DNA from: Naegleria gruberi
Taxonomy: Eukaryota
Assembly: GCA_000004985.1 (NCBI GenBank)
Contig: GG738849.1
Length of the DNA stretch: 64,000 bases
Direction: 5' to 3' (one strand)
The notes beneath the pieces were generated by a model that was not told where the DNA came from, ran no database searches, and saw nothing but the letters and a program-made list of their open reading frames with translations. A program made the position numbers and the translations under genes. Of the stretch, positions 11,985 to 24,500 are shown one piece after another (the first letter of the stretch is position 1; each line of letters opens with the position of its first letter).

Positions 11985-13400
11985 TTATTTCTTAATAACA
12001 ATCTTTTTAACAGTATCGAAAATGTTCTTCACATTATCAGTATCTGTGGCACAGGTAATATATGGATAGAATTCTCTGTTGGCATCATTAATTCTTGAAG
12101 TAAACTTTTGGAGCATATATTTAGAACAAGCATCAAAATCATGAGCTGGTCCTTGATAATCTGGGAAGAAATCTGCGAGTTTCTTAGTGGCAATCTTCTT
12201 TTGGAAAATATCCTTCTTATTCAAGAAGAAGATGACTGGTGTATCAATAAAGTATCTACTGTTAACAATTTCATCAAATAATAAAAGTGATTCTTGAATT
12301 CTACTTGTACTGTCGTCTTCATAACATTTTTGATCAAATTCTGACATGGAAGCAACGAATACTATTATCATGATAATAATATCACATGATAACCAAGTTA
12401 GGATGATATTTGTGTGTGAATATTATGTGAAATAGTATAAACTTACAAATGGCAGTGACATTTTCAAAGCAGTGAATCCACTTTTTACGTTCATTTCTTT
12501 GACCACCAACGTCAATAAGTGAAACCTTAGTACCATCTTGTTCACTATTTATCATATCATGATATAAATAATAATATGATAATGATGATATAAATAATGA
12601 TAATAAACAATGTCAAATGTGTCAACATTAATATTAATATAATAATAATAAAAAAACATACAATTTCAATTCAACAACACCAGTTGTCTTTGTTCTACAC
12701 ATTAAAATATCTCTATCAGTTGGAACATAACCCTTAGCACTAATATCATCAATTCTTTCATAAAAGTATTCAGTTGAATCCAATAATTGATATTCATCTC
12801 TACGTTGTAAAACATTTTGAATACCAGTGTCATTCCACAAGTTCTTTAATTTCTGAACCAATTCTGCATTGTAGAAGGCATCAACATTGAGGAGAGCATT
12901 TTCATCATCTAATTGAATTAATTCTTGTGCAAATTGTTTGTTTTCCTCCTTTTCAATATCTTCACCTAATTCATCACAGGCTTCAACCATGGAAATCATG
13001 GCACGAACAACGTTACCCTTGATTGTACTGGCAAATATGTTTCTTTCTTCACTTGTATAGGAACCTTCTTTTAATAATTTAAATTGCTAGTTTAGTTTAG
13101 TTTCGTATGTTATATATGTGTAGAATAAGTGGAAAGTGGAATGTGGAATGTAATAGTACATAAACGCAGTGTAGTAGAAATATAAAGTTCATGAGAGGGA
13201 TGAAGATGATGGAAGGTTCGAGTACACATAATAGATGATTTCGTATAACGTTTAGTCTAGAGCTTTCACAATAAACATACCTTGAAAAGTGTTGATTTAC
13301 CAGATTCACCAGCGCCCAACAATAACAATTTACAGTCATTATTCTTAACAACTGGTCTTGTGTTTGAATTATTTCCTTGTTTACTTCCCATACAACCCAT
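11985..13400 (-). CDS. Heterotrimeric G-protein alpha subunit. Four exons: 13400..13281, 13086..12662, 12544..12447, 12361..11985.
   Basis: Exon 1 encodes [40 protein letters not shown] (myristoylation/palmitoylation site and P-loop) and ends in a GTATGT donor. Exon 2 runs from [16 protein letters not shown] to [12 protein letters not shown]. Exon 3 encodes [32 protein letters not shown]. Exon 4 encodes [11 protein letters not shown]...FFLNKKD...TCATDT...KK and ends in the stop. Introns are about 194, 117 and 85 nt. All junctions are GT..AG and in phase. Confidence 0.85.
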
Positions 13401-14733
13401 TTTCTAGCCTTTGTTTCGTATAAAGTTTTATCGTGTGTTTTTTGTTTCGTTAGAGAGGAGTGTGTGATATTAGTAGTAGGGACTTTCTCACGTGTGTTTA
13501 TATTGTTGTTATTGTGTTTAAAGAAATTATTGTTGTTGCAACCGAATAGTCCCACAAGAAAGTGTCTGTTGTGTTTTCAACAATTTTTTTTTAAAGAAAG
13601 TGTTACTGACAGCAGTATGACAAGTACACATTCAGTCCAATTGTGGGTGCGCATCAATATTAAGAGGTGGTGCAGCAGAAGCACAATCATGAATATCGTT
13701 GTTGAGTTACGAGCAAGCATATACGAGAAAGTGTTATCTGTACAAAATCTCGCTCGCAGTTTAAGAAAAGCAGAAATTTTCCATAGAGCGTTCACATCAG
13801 TGATTGGGCGCCAAAAAGACAATAAACAATTGCCTGTTGCAATAAACGTTCACTCGCCTCCATTTTTGAATCTGATGGGTTTTGACGTTGCATTTTTGAA
13901 TTAAAAAGGCTTTCATGACGGCTTACCAATTAGACCCAAAAGTCTTTTGTTTTTATCAATTGAGGAAATCGATACGTAAAATGGCAAGGTTGAAGTTGTG
14001 GAATCTAGAATTATTTTGAGGTTTATTGGAGAATACTAGCTTGTTATACCTTTTGATACAATTTACTCTGGTGATGTTCATTTACTACTGGGTTTACAGT
14101 TCAGTTGTTGATGAATCATTTTTGTTAATGAACACTACCACTTTTAAACGGTCAAATATTATTGAGAGAATTATGAATGGTTCAATTTGATTATCAATAT
14201 CATAATGTGATTATTGTTTAGAATAATAATATTGTAATAATGATGCAGTATAGTGTCGGTAAGAACAACGGTGGGAAGGATATGAAATGGATTCAGAATC
14301 GTTGTTCCAATAGAGAAATCCTTAATCACATACTAGTAACCTTCCAATAGGTGTCTTTTCAGTAAACATCTCTTAATGCGAAAAGGCCATTTTTTTGAGA
14401 ATTCCATTTACATATCTGAAACTTTATCTAAATTGGTGAAGTTGAAAAATGATGATTGTAAAAAGAATAAAAACTGTAGTTTCTGTTTGGGTGGCTTGTT
14501 TTTTTCAAATTCTTCTGTGAGCTTTAATGTTATTAACACTTTGGTTGTATTTCACAGAATTATGAAATATATTTGAATAAATATCCGAATAAGTGATCTA
14601 TTCGAATAATACAAATGTTACTGAAGCAATAAAGCGAATCACCATGAAGAAGAACTGAAAGTTATCGGATCAAAAGTTGTGTGAACATGTCAAACCTAAT
14701 TTCCATAAACAGACAATGGCTGTTTGAAAAAAT

Positions 14734-14830
14734 TGATCAGAGTGGGATTTGAACCCACGCCCTTGCGGAACACGGTATTAATATTAGTTTTACCTTAACG
14801 TGTCGTCTTAGACCACTCGACCATCTGACC
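14734..14830 (-). tRNA. tRNA-Leu, anticodon AAG, with an intron of about 17 nt 3' of the anticodon
   Basis: Reverse complement reads GGTCAGATGGTCGAGTGGTCTAAGACGACACGTTAAGG[TAAAACTAATATTAATAC]CGTGTTCCGCAAGGGCGTGGGTTCAAATCCCACTCTGATCA. It has a class-II long variable arm, T-arm GTGGG-TTCAAAT-CCCAC and a 7-bp acceptor stem with one G-U pair. The AT-rich insert sits at the canonical 37/38 position. Confidence 0.75.
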
Positions 14831-14943
14831 TTCGAACACAAACACAAAAACTCTGTTCAGTAGAGTACCCTTAATGAAGTTGTTGTGAGAAGCTGTGCTA
14901 TTATCAAAATTACTGTAACGTTAACATATTTCAAAAGAAAAAA

Positions 14944-17900
14944 ATGTATGCACAATTTTCAGGCTTATTTAAGGTTGGGGAGACAGTGTACGTTAATCAT
15001 CCAACAGAGTCATGGATAGTCGGTAAAGTTGATGCAGCCGATAAGAATAACAAAAAGGGAGCCTATTCAATAAAACCAGTTGCGAGCCTTAACGACTCTT
15101 TAGCTAATGAGGTAAGTTGGAATCATCATTATCTAATGGTAGTAATTTTATATGTACACCAATATTAAGAACCCTATAAATGTTAATGAGGATCAATTAT
15201 TTAAATACACAAATGACTTGGATAAACTTGATCATGATGATTTGTTATCAATGACAGAACTTCATGAAGTGACTCTTCTAAATTGTTTAAGAAATAGATA
15301 TAAAAAGGATGTAATTTATACATTGATTGGAGGAGTTTTAGCTATAGCAATGAATCCTTTCAAATGGACAATTCCCTATGTTCAAGATGATAAGATGGAC
15401 TTGTATTGTAATAAGGGAAAGAATTCAAATCTTCTTCCACATGCTTGGAGTATTGCTGATAATGCCTATCGAATCATGAAGGAAACAAAACAAAATCAAT
15501 CCATTCTTATTAGTGGTGAATCTGGTGCAGGTAAAACTGAAGGCTGTAAGACAGTCATCAAATATCTATCTAAATTATCATGTTCAATAACAACTGATGA
15601 AAAAATTAGAGAAAATGCTTCGGGTATTGCTATCAAGATACAAGAATGTTCTCCAATTCTAGAAGCTTTTGGTAATGCTAAAACTCAACGTAATGACAAT
15701 TCATCGAGATTTGGTAAATTTATTATTATGCAATTCGACAAGGAAGGTGTAATTTTAGGAGCCTATATGTATAATTATCTATTGGAAAAATCAAGAGTAA
15801 TATCACAACCACTAGGAGAAAGAGGATATCACATTTTCTATCAATTATTGGCCGGAGCTGATGCAAAGAGAAGAAAGGAATTATATTTATCAAAGGCTGA
15901 AGATTATTCTTGCATTAATCAAGGTAAATGTTTTACAGTCAATGGTGTGGATGACGGAAAAGAATATGCAGAAGTTATAAAGGCCATGAATATTGTGGGT
16001 ATTTCTCAAACTGAACAAGATGCCATCTTCCGAATTACAGCAGCTGTATTACATATGCAAAATTTGAAATTTAATCTTAGAGGTGATGGATCTGAAGTTG
16101 AAAACAAGCAAACTTTAAAGAATGTTGCAGAACTTTTAAGAGTTGATCAAGTTGGTCTTGAAAAGGCTCTTACAACAATGTATGTCTCTGCAGGAAAGGA
16201 CTTGATTTTGAAAGGTTTAGTACCTGCTAAGGCATGTGATGCAAGAGATGCTTTTTCAAAGGCGTTATATGATGCTGTATTTAACTGGATTATTAAGAAA
16301 ATTAACGAAAATCTCGATTCATCAAAGCAACATAAGGTTGATAACTTTATTGGATTGTTGGATATTTATGGTTTTGAAGCTTTTGAAAAGAATAGTTTCG
16401 AACAATTGTGTATCAATTTTGCCAATGAAGCACTTCAAGGAGTTTATAATAATTACACTTTTAAGAAAGATGTGGATGAATGTAGAGAAGAAGGTATTGA
16501 AGTTACATCAGTTACATTTAATGATAATCAAGAATGTATTGAATTGATTCAAAAGGGTGTTGTCAATTCTTTAACTGATTGTTGTAAATCTAGCTCTACA
16601 GATATCGACTTTTTGGAAAAACTCAAAAAGGCCTATTTGAAAAAGACAGGATTCTTTGATGCTTCTCCATTGAAAAAGGAAGATTTTATTGTTAGACACT
16701 ATGCAGGTGATGTATCATATAATGTTACTGGGTGGATTGAAAAGAATAAGGATACTCTCAATGGAGACTTGTTCAAATTAACCAAGACAAGTACTTGTAA
16801 TTTTATTAAGGACCTTTTGGAAGATACTGGTAATGCTAAAGACACTGTTGGTGAATCATTCAGAAAACAACTTAACAATTTATTAACCACTATTAATTCT
16901 ACTAGGCCTCACTATATTAGATGTCTTAAGCCTCACCCTGCTAAGAAACCAAACATGTTCAGTGTTACTGAAGTTATGAATCAATTGAGATCATCTGGTG
17001 TTTTGGAAACTGTTAAAATCAGAAGAGAAGGTTACAGTGTAAGAATGCCTTTTGATCAATTCTATCACAAATTCAAGATACTTCTCCCACCAGCCCAACA
17101 AAAAGGATCTACCAAAGAAGAAATGAGAGTATCATGCGAAGAAATTATCAAATCAGTCAAGTTTGATAAAGTTAAAGCACAAATTGGTAAATCAACAGTA
17201 TTCCTTCGACACTATGCTTACTCTGATTTGGAATCATTGAGAAATGAAAAGCTCGTTCAATATGTGATAACAATTCAAGCATCCTTTAGAAAACTCAAAG
17301 CTATTAAGGAAGTTGCAACTATGAGAAGACTCAAAAAGGAAGAAGAAGAAAGAATTTACTTTGAAAAACATAGAGAAGAAATTGAAAGAAAGAGAAGAGA
17401 AGAAGAAGAAAAACTTCGTATAGAGAGAGAACGTATTGAAAAGGAAGAAGCTGAAAAGAGAAGAATTGAAGAAATCAAAAGACAAGAAGAAGAAAAAATT
17501 GCTAGGGAAAAGAGAGAACGTGAAGCTGTTATCCTTAAGGAACAAGCCAAACTTAACAAGTTGAGAGAAGTTCAAATGAAAAAGATGGAAGAACTCAAAC
17601 GAATTGAAGCAGAAAAGGAAGAAAGAGAACGAGTTAAAAAGGAATTGGAAGAACTCGAATCTGGTAAAGCCAATATGGAAGAACAAGAAAGTGTCAAGAT
17701 TTGGAAAGTTGATGAAGGAAAGCTTGTTGGATTTACTCTCAGTGAAGCTAGAAAGGATTTAATTTTCCGTATCAAAACTGATCAACTCTTTACTCTAGAA
17801 GAATGTAAAATATTAATCAAGGAAATTGTTAGAATTATGAAACGAGATGCTGAAAGAGATTTTAAGAATTTGATATTCCTAAGCAAGTTTAGAACAGAAG

Positions 17901-18331
17901 TTTTATTCCCAAAACCTATTGTATCTGATTATATTTCAGAAACACATGGATTGGATGGATTTGCTGATAGTATTGATGTTAAAAAGATGATTTATGGAAA
18001 GGTTACAATTCGTCCATTAGATCCACTTTCAAGTAAGGATACCATTCTCATTGCTAAGGAAAAACTCAAATTACTTGTATTGAATATTAATAAGAATATT
18101 GTCAAGTTAATTGATAATGCTCTCAGACAACGAAAAGAAAGACTTTTAATTATTGCAACCATTTTAGAAGAATTGGAAACAAGTGTCATCAAAAAGTACT
18201 TGCATCCAAATGAACTTTTAGTTGTAATGGCAAAGATTAAGAGTCAATCCACTAGTAATTCCAATGCTGCATCCCAACAACAACAACCTCAACAACAATT
18301 TGCATCTGCCTCCGAAGAAAAATTGTTTTAA
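14944..18331 (+). CDS. Myosin heavy chain: N-terminal SH3-like domain, motor domain, IQ motif, long ER/K-rich single alpha-helix (SAH) domain and a short tail. Two exons: 14944..15111 and 15170..18331.
   Basis: Exon 1 encodes MYAQFSGLFKVGETVYVNHPTESWIVGKV..., then a GTAAGT donor at 15112 and an AG acceptor at 15168-15169. The motor domain carries the P-loop GESGAGKTE, switch/relay motifs such as LDIYGFE, and the IQ motif IQASFRKLKAIK. Residues around 740-870 form an EEEERIYFEKHREEIERKRREEEEKLRIERERIEKEEAEKRR... SAH-type segment. Confidence 0.85.
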
Positions 18332-18335
18332 AAAA

Positions 18336-19646
18336 ATGGGAAAACGTAAAAAACAAAATAATAATACATCAACTACTACTTCAACTACTAACAGTGGAGA
18401 AAATGATGGAGAAAATATTCTAGTCTCCATACACGAAGGAGAAGAAACAATATTGGAAGAACCACCAAATAAAAAGAATGAACCTAAAATTATACAATTA
18501 TTATTTTCCAAATCCTTTCTAAGTATTGAACAAGCTTGTGAAACTATTCAAACAATTTTAGAAGATGAAAATAATCAACAAGATTCAATTAAAATGTTAA
18601 AAAATCATAAAGCTATTGAACGATTAATTGAATTATTAACAATTGAAAAACATAATCCAATTATTTTAGAAAGTACAAAAGCTTTGAGAAATTTAAATCT
18701 TGTTGATGAAAGTATTTTTACAAATATGGAAAGTGAATTAATTAAACAATTATTTAAATCAATTAATTATTTACAAACAAGTGATAATAATTTACATCCT
18801 ACAATGATTTATGATCATAAAGATAAAACAAGTATTGAAAATATTATAAATACAATTTTAGAATTTTTAATTCAATTAATTCCACAATTTACAGAAATAA
18901 TTTTAAATAATTTAGATTTAAATATTTTAAATATTTTAAAAAATCAATATAAAGAAAAAGTTTTAAAAATTATTTATTTAATTACAAAGGAAATTGAAAC
19001 TAACGTATTTGGTGATTTATCTGATTTATCCGAAAATGGAATTATTAATACTTTTATAAATGGAATTTCAATTAATTTGAAAAATTATGAAAAAATTGAT
19101 AATATTTTAAATGATATTAAAAATTCAGAAAATTTATCTCTAAATTTAGAAATTTTAATTCATTATGTAATTAATAATGAAATTTATAATTCAAAAGAAA
19201 TTTTTGAAATTTTAATTAAATTATTAAAAACAAATGAAATTTTAATTTTAGAATTATTAAATATTATTAATGAAAAAATTGATAATATTGAAATTATTGA
19301 ATATATTTTAAATAATTTTAATTTATCAAATTATCCAAATTTGTTAATTCAATTCGGACAAATTAATCAATTTAAAAAGAAAATTTTAAATTTATTTATA
19401 GAATCAATTAATCAATGTAAAGATTTACCAATTTTATTAGAATTATTAAATGGAATTTTTGATGTTTATGCAGATGAAAAGGGAATTGAAAAGGAATTAT
19501 TAAATTTATTACCATGTTTGGAAGGTGTAGTTAAAAATAAATTATTAACAGAAACAAATGATGAAGAATTGTTAGAATATATTGATGAAACTTTGGAAAA
19601 TTTAATTAATTACATTGATTATATTAAAAAATCATGTCAACAATAA
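18336..19646 (+). CDS. Leu/Ile/Asn-rich helical-repeat protein, unknown function
   Basis: ATG at 18336 (MGKRKKQNNNTSTT...) lies only 4 nt after the myosin TAA stop. The listed ORF start at 18264 overlaps the myosin CDS and is unlikely. Open frame of about 436 aa ending in TAA, with no recognisable catalytic motif. Confidence 0.5.
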   Translation: MGKRKKQNNNTSTTTSTTNSGENDGENILVSIHEGEETILEEPPNKKNEPKIIQLLFSKSFLSIEQACETIQTILEDENNQQDSIKMLKNHKAIERLIELLTIEKHNPIILESTKALRNLNLVDESIFTNMESELIKQLFKSINYLQTSDNNLHPTMIYDHKDKTSIENIINTILEFLIQLIPQFTEIILNNLDLNILNILKNQYKEKVLKIIYLITKEIETNVFGDLSDLSENGIINTFINGISINLKNYEKIDNILNDIKNSENLSLNLEILIHYVINNEIYNSKEIFEILIKLLKTNEILILELLNIINEKIDNIEIIEYILNNFNLSNYPNLLIQFGQINQFKKKILNLFIESINQCKDLPILLELLNGIFDVYADEKGIEKELLNLLPCLEGVVKNKLLTETNDEELLEYIDETLENLINYIDYIKKSCQQ

Positions 19647-19757
19647 AAAAACATTTAAAGTTTCTTTTTTTGTAAAGTATATTTATTGTAAAAATGTAAA
19701 TTAAAAGTTATTAAAAAGTGTTGATATGTTTTGTAATTTTTTTAATAATAAAAAAAA

Positions 19758-21530
19758 ATGTGTGGTATTGGATTTTATGATTCACAATGTATTCTATCAT
19801 CATCATCATTAGAATTATTAAATAATAATAATTTAATTCATTCCGATGATGAAGATGAAGATAGAGTTGGTAATAATGATGAATTGAATAACAAGAGCAA
19901 TTCATCATTATCATTATCAAATAGTAATGATGATAATAATGATGAAAATTGGAATGAAATTGAAAGTTTAATTGAAAATTTAATAATTAAAAGAGGACCT
20001 GACTATTTAGGAAAATTAAAATTTAATAATTTTACATTTATTTCAAGTGTTTTATCATTGAGAGGTGAAAATGTTACAATTCAACCAATTTCAAATTCTG
20101 ATCAAATATTATTATGGAATGGTGAAATATTTAATTATCCAAATATGGAAAATGAATTAAAAAATGGTAATGATACAAATTTATTATTTGAATTATTAAA
20201 TAATAATATTAATGATAAAAAACAAATAATTTCTATATTTAATAATATTCAAGGACCATTTGCATTTATTTATTTTAATATTAAATTTAATTATTTATTA
20301 TTTGGAAGAGACAAAATTGGAAAGAGAAGTTTAGTTTATTATTATTCTAATGGAAAGTTGATTATTTCTAGTAATAGTATTCCTGGAATGGAATTTAAAT
20401 CAATTCCACCATTTATATTTCAATTAAAAAATAACCAATTAAAGAAATATGAATATAAAAGTAATTTTATTAATAAGGAAAGAATTTTATTTAAAGAATT
20501 ACAAGATTTACATTCAGAAGAATATAAAAATGTATTAAATGATTTTTATAGAATTTTTTCAGATTCAATTTCTAAAAGAATTAATTTTTTACAAAGACCA
20601 AAATTAACAAATTTGGAAAATACTAAAAATGGAAGTGAAAACAATTTAAATGATATTGAAAATGAAGCAAATTATGCAATTTTATTTTCTGGTGGAATTG
20701 ATTCACTTGTTTTAGCTTCACTTTCACATTTAAATTCATTAAATAATTTAAATGAAAAAATTACATTATTAAATGTTTCATTTGGTAATTCATTGGAACA
20801 AGTATCAAAAGGACATGATAGAATTCAATCTATTCAAGCATTTAAAATGTTAAATGATAAATATGGAAATAGATTTAATTTAGTATTAATTGATGTTTTA
20901 AAAGCACAAGTTGAAGAATATGCCAATACTATTAAACAATTAATTTATCCAAACAATACAGTATTAGATTATACTATTGGATGTGTATTATGGTTTGCTA
21001 GTAGAGGAAGAGGGTATTTATATGGGAGTGATACAAGTCAATTGGTACAATCTCAAAGTAGAGTTTTATTGTGTGGAGTTGGAAGTGATGAACTACTTGG
21101 AGGTTATCGAAGATATCTTAAAAGATTCAAAGATGAAGGATGGGAAGGTTTAAATGAGGAAATGAATATGGATGTAAATAGATTGTGGTATAGAAATTTG
21201 GGAAGGGATGATCGAATTATTGCATCACATGGAAGAGAGTGTAGACATCCATTCTTGGATGAGAATTTAATTGAATTTGTTCAATCACTTCCACTCAGTT
21301 TTACTGTTGATTTGAGAGATAAGATTGAGTTTGAAATTAAGGAAGGTTGTAATAATTCAACTAAATTCCAACAAGCTAAGGATAAACTTTTGTTAAGACA
21401 AATGGTTTCTCAAATTTTAGAACTTGAATCCAATCAACCTAAAAAAGCCATGCAATTTGCTTCCAATGTTGCTAAAATTACCTTAACAACAAGTAGAAGA
21501 AAAGAAAGAGGAAATAAACGTATTGATTAA
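19758..21530 (+). CDS. Asparagine synthetase domain-containing protein (ASNSD1-like class-II glutamine amidotransferase)
   Basis: MCGIGF at the N-terminus gives the Ntn-amidotransferase catalytic Cys2. The SGGIDS PP-loop of the asparagine-synthetase domain is present. An Asn/Asp-rich insert follows. Single 590-aa exon. Confidence 0.75.
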   Translation: MCGIGFYDSQCILSSSSLELLNNNNLIHSDDEDEDRVGNNDELNNKSNSSLSLSNSNDDNNDENWNEIESLIENLIIKRGPDYLGKLKFNNFTFISSVLSLRGENVTIQPISNSDQILLWNGEIFNYPNMENELKNGNDTNLLFELLNNNINDKKQIISIFNNIQGPFAFIYFNIKFNYLLFGRDKIGKRSLVYYYSNGKLIISSNSIPGMEFKSIPPFIFQLKNNQLKKYEYKSNFINKERILFKELQDLHSEEYKNVLNDFYRIFSDSISKRINFLQRPKLTNLENTKNGSENNLNDIENEANYAILFSGGIDSLVLASLSHLNSLNNLNEKITLLNVSFGNSLEQVSKGHDRIQSIQAFKMLNDKYGNRFNLVLIDVLKAQVEEYANTIKQLIYPNNTVLDYTIGCVLWFASRGRGYLYGSDTSQLVQSQSRVLLCGVGSDELLGGYRRYLKRFKDEGWEGLNEEMNMDVNRLWYRNLGRDDRIIASHGRECRHPFLDENLIEFVQSLPLSFTVDLRDKIEFEIKEGCNNSTKFQQAKDKLLLRQMVSQILELESNQPKKAMQFASNVAKITLTTSRRKERGNKRID

Positions 21531-21550
21531 ATTTTAATGTTACTTTTGTT

Positions 21551-24500
21551 TTATAGTCTAAAGGTTACCTTGTTCAAATTCTTTCCTGGCTTTAATGAGA
21601 ACATCTTATTATTGTCCCATTCAAATCTAACAAACTTTAAAATTTCCATTGGTTTCAAAGGTGATCTTACATAATTTGGATCAATTTCAAATGTCTTGAC
21701 ATTTCTATTAGTGACACCTAATAATTGTAAAATAGTTCCTCCACTTCCAGCATCTGTATTCCAAACCTTACATGTCTTTTCAGCTGCACTGAAAGAACAC
21801 AAATATTGACCATTTGGTGAAAAACTCAAAGCATCAAGTGAAGCAGAAGGTTGACCTTTTTGACTCTGCTTTTGAGGTTGTTTCTGGTGAGCTTCAAATA
21901 GTTGCCATTTACTTGCTGTACGCATATCATAAATACAAACTGTACCATCATTAATTGAACCAACAGCTAACTTTTGTTTTTCTTGATGGAATGAAACCAT
22001 TGGATAAATTTCAACCATGAAACGAAGAATATTTGTCGAGTTGGCCATACAAATATCTCTAATAGCAGGGAAATGAGGATCCAAAACTTTCAATAATAAA
22101 GATGTCAATACAACTAAATGATCCATTAAACATTTTGGATGTCTTTGCATGACTGGGAATAGAGAACTAATTGCTGCATTGAGTGTGGTTGTACTTGTTT
22201 GTTGAGCATTTGAAATGATATTCGTAATAAAATCGATATAGAGAGGAGTATCTGCACTTGCCATGTTAACAAATGCTTGGAGTGAGTCAATAGCAAGTTG
22301 ACTAATCTCAGCAGCTGAACTATTAGAAGAAGGTACTTGTGAAGTAAGGGCTGGTAAGGAAATTTGGAAAAGTTGTCTACAGAATCCCATTGGATCAGGA
22401 ATATAAAACTTCCAAATTGAATAAGCATCACCCAACAAAGTAATTGCTGTACTATGTTGTGGACCTCCCTTCTCTAAAATATCAATCAATTCCATTGCTG
22501 TCAGAGTGGCAATTCTTCCATCAACAGCTCTTGGAACTCTGTATGCCAACAAGGCGAGGGCAACAACAAAGTTTTGTCTTTGGGTATTAATTTGCTTTGA
22601 TGAAGTCTTGTTAGAACTTTCGATGATCATGTTTGCAAGTTTTTCAGCTAAAAGTTTGTGTTGAACAGGTTCCATTCTTTGAAGTACACTGTACATTACT
22701 GATCTAGCAGCTTGTTGTACATCCTTTGTTTGATCTTTCAAAAATTGTGCACACCACAAGAATGATGGTTCTTGGAAGTTATCAAATCCGGTGTGAATTT
22801 GATTGAGGAAATAAGTTATGCAATCATTACAGGTTTTTTGGAATTTGAGAGTGGCAGGTAAATTAGCACTGATAGCTGTCAATACAGAAACAGCACCAAT
22901 CATATAAATAGAAGATAATACAGGTGAGAAAATAAATGGATGGCAATTATCACTCATACTTGGAACAATAAGTGAATAAGTTTCACCTGCACCTTTCAAT
23001 CCAATAAATCCTTTAGGATATGGTGCTAAATTATCAATCATTGAAAAATCTGATGTATCATTGTGTTGTCCTTGAATTCTTAAAATTGCAAAACGAATTT
23101 CATGTCTAAGTTGTTTAAGTGAAGGATCATTTCCATATTGTAATAAATATGAAAGGGATGTTAACAGAGCTGACATATTTCTGTCGTTAATTCTATTTTC
23201 AATTTCATCTTCAGGATTAACAGATGTGTTTGATAAATCTCCATCACTAAAATATTTGAGGAATAAATTCTTCTTAGAGTTGATAAATGTAACACATCTT
23301 CTAACACTAATGGTCAATAATTGAATATCTGGTGTTTGTTCATTCACTTGAAGTGATATGGATTCTATGAATCCTTTAGCCTTATTATAGGCCTCAGATG
23401 TTGCTGATTGTTTAGAGAAGGACAATTTAACAATACCAGAAGAACCAATAGATCCAGATCCTTGACTATTAGAACCAGATGATGTACTTGGATCAGATTG
23501 ACCAAAACTGCCACTAATAACACTCGATTGTTCACTTGTCTTGATCAAATACTTGGCAGAAGCTCCAGAAACTCTTCTTTCCAATAGACCCGTACTTATA
23601 CTCCAAACATACACTGTACCATCACTACATTGAACAAGTAAATAATCCAAATCACTTCTCCAATAAATTGCAACAACTGTACTTCCATGTCCACCTAAAA
23701 TATGAATGACATCCAAAGTCTTGACACTGTACATTATAACACTGTGATCATCATCTGAAAGAGAACAGAAGCAGTTTTGCAACTTTCTTCTTATTGTTCT
23801 TGGAGGAACAAAGAGTAAATCAACCTTACCAGAGTGATAATTGAAAGATCTCAACAACTTGTGATATTTGAGATCTGTAGAATCCAGTTGCCAAACCTTA
23901 ATGCTATAATCTGCACTTCCTGAAAGTAAAAGTGGATTGTTGTCATCATCACTCATGACAAGCAGTGTAGTAACACGTTTTTTGTGAGCATTTTGAATGT
24001 ACAATTCTTGTGAATCTTCTTTACCATTATTTTGTGTAGTAGTATATTGAATATGAACATCACCATTATGGAAGCCCCTAATTAAACATGGAGAAATACG
24101 CTCAACAGCAAAATGAGAAACACTGATAGGAGACTTGTTTGTTAAGCTATTTTCTTTTACAGTATTGGAAGTATTCCATCCCTTGGCAAGTCTATTATCA
24201 CTTGATAGCAGTGTAATATCAACTGTTGAAGATGAAATAGTAACTTTCCAAATGATAATAACATCGTTATTAACACGTAAAAGAATATTACTAATTGGAT
24301 CGTATTGCCAAACAAAATCACCATATGGATCATTTTCAGAGAGAGCACTATCAATAACTTTAACAATTTTTGGTTGTTCCTTTTGAGCAACTCTGTCAAA
24401 GTTTGGAGTAGAAGGTGAAGAAGAAAGTTGTAAAGCATCCATAATAGAAGTAGAGAATGCTCTTTCAATAGCAGCACCAATAGATGTTAAATCATTTGAT

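Noticed and set aside
13097-13904. ORFs 13097..13555 (minus), 13377..13904 (plus) and 13577..13822 (minus)
   Set aside because: The first lies inside the 194-nt first intron and exon 1 of the G-alpha gene. The others fall in the upstream spacer with no coding periodicity. They are treated as non-coding and flagged only as a possible ncRNA region.
17234-17775. Three minus-strand Phe/Ser/Leu-rich ORFs
   Set aside because: They are antisense to the GAA/AGA-repeat that encodes the ER/K-rich SAH segment of myosin, so they are repeat artefacts.
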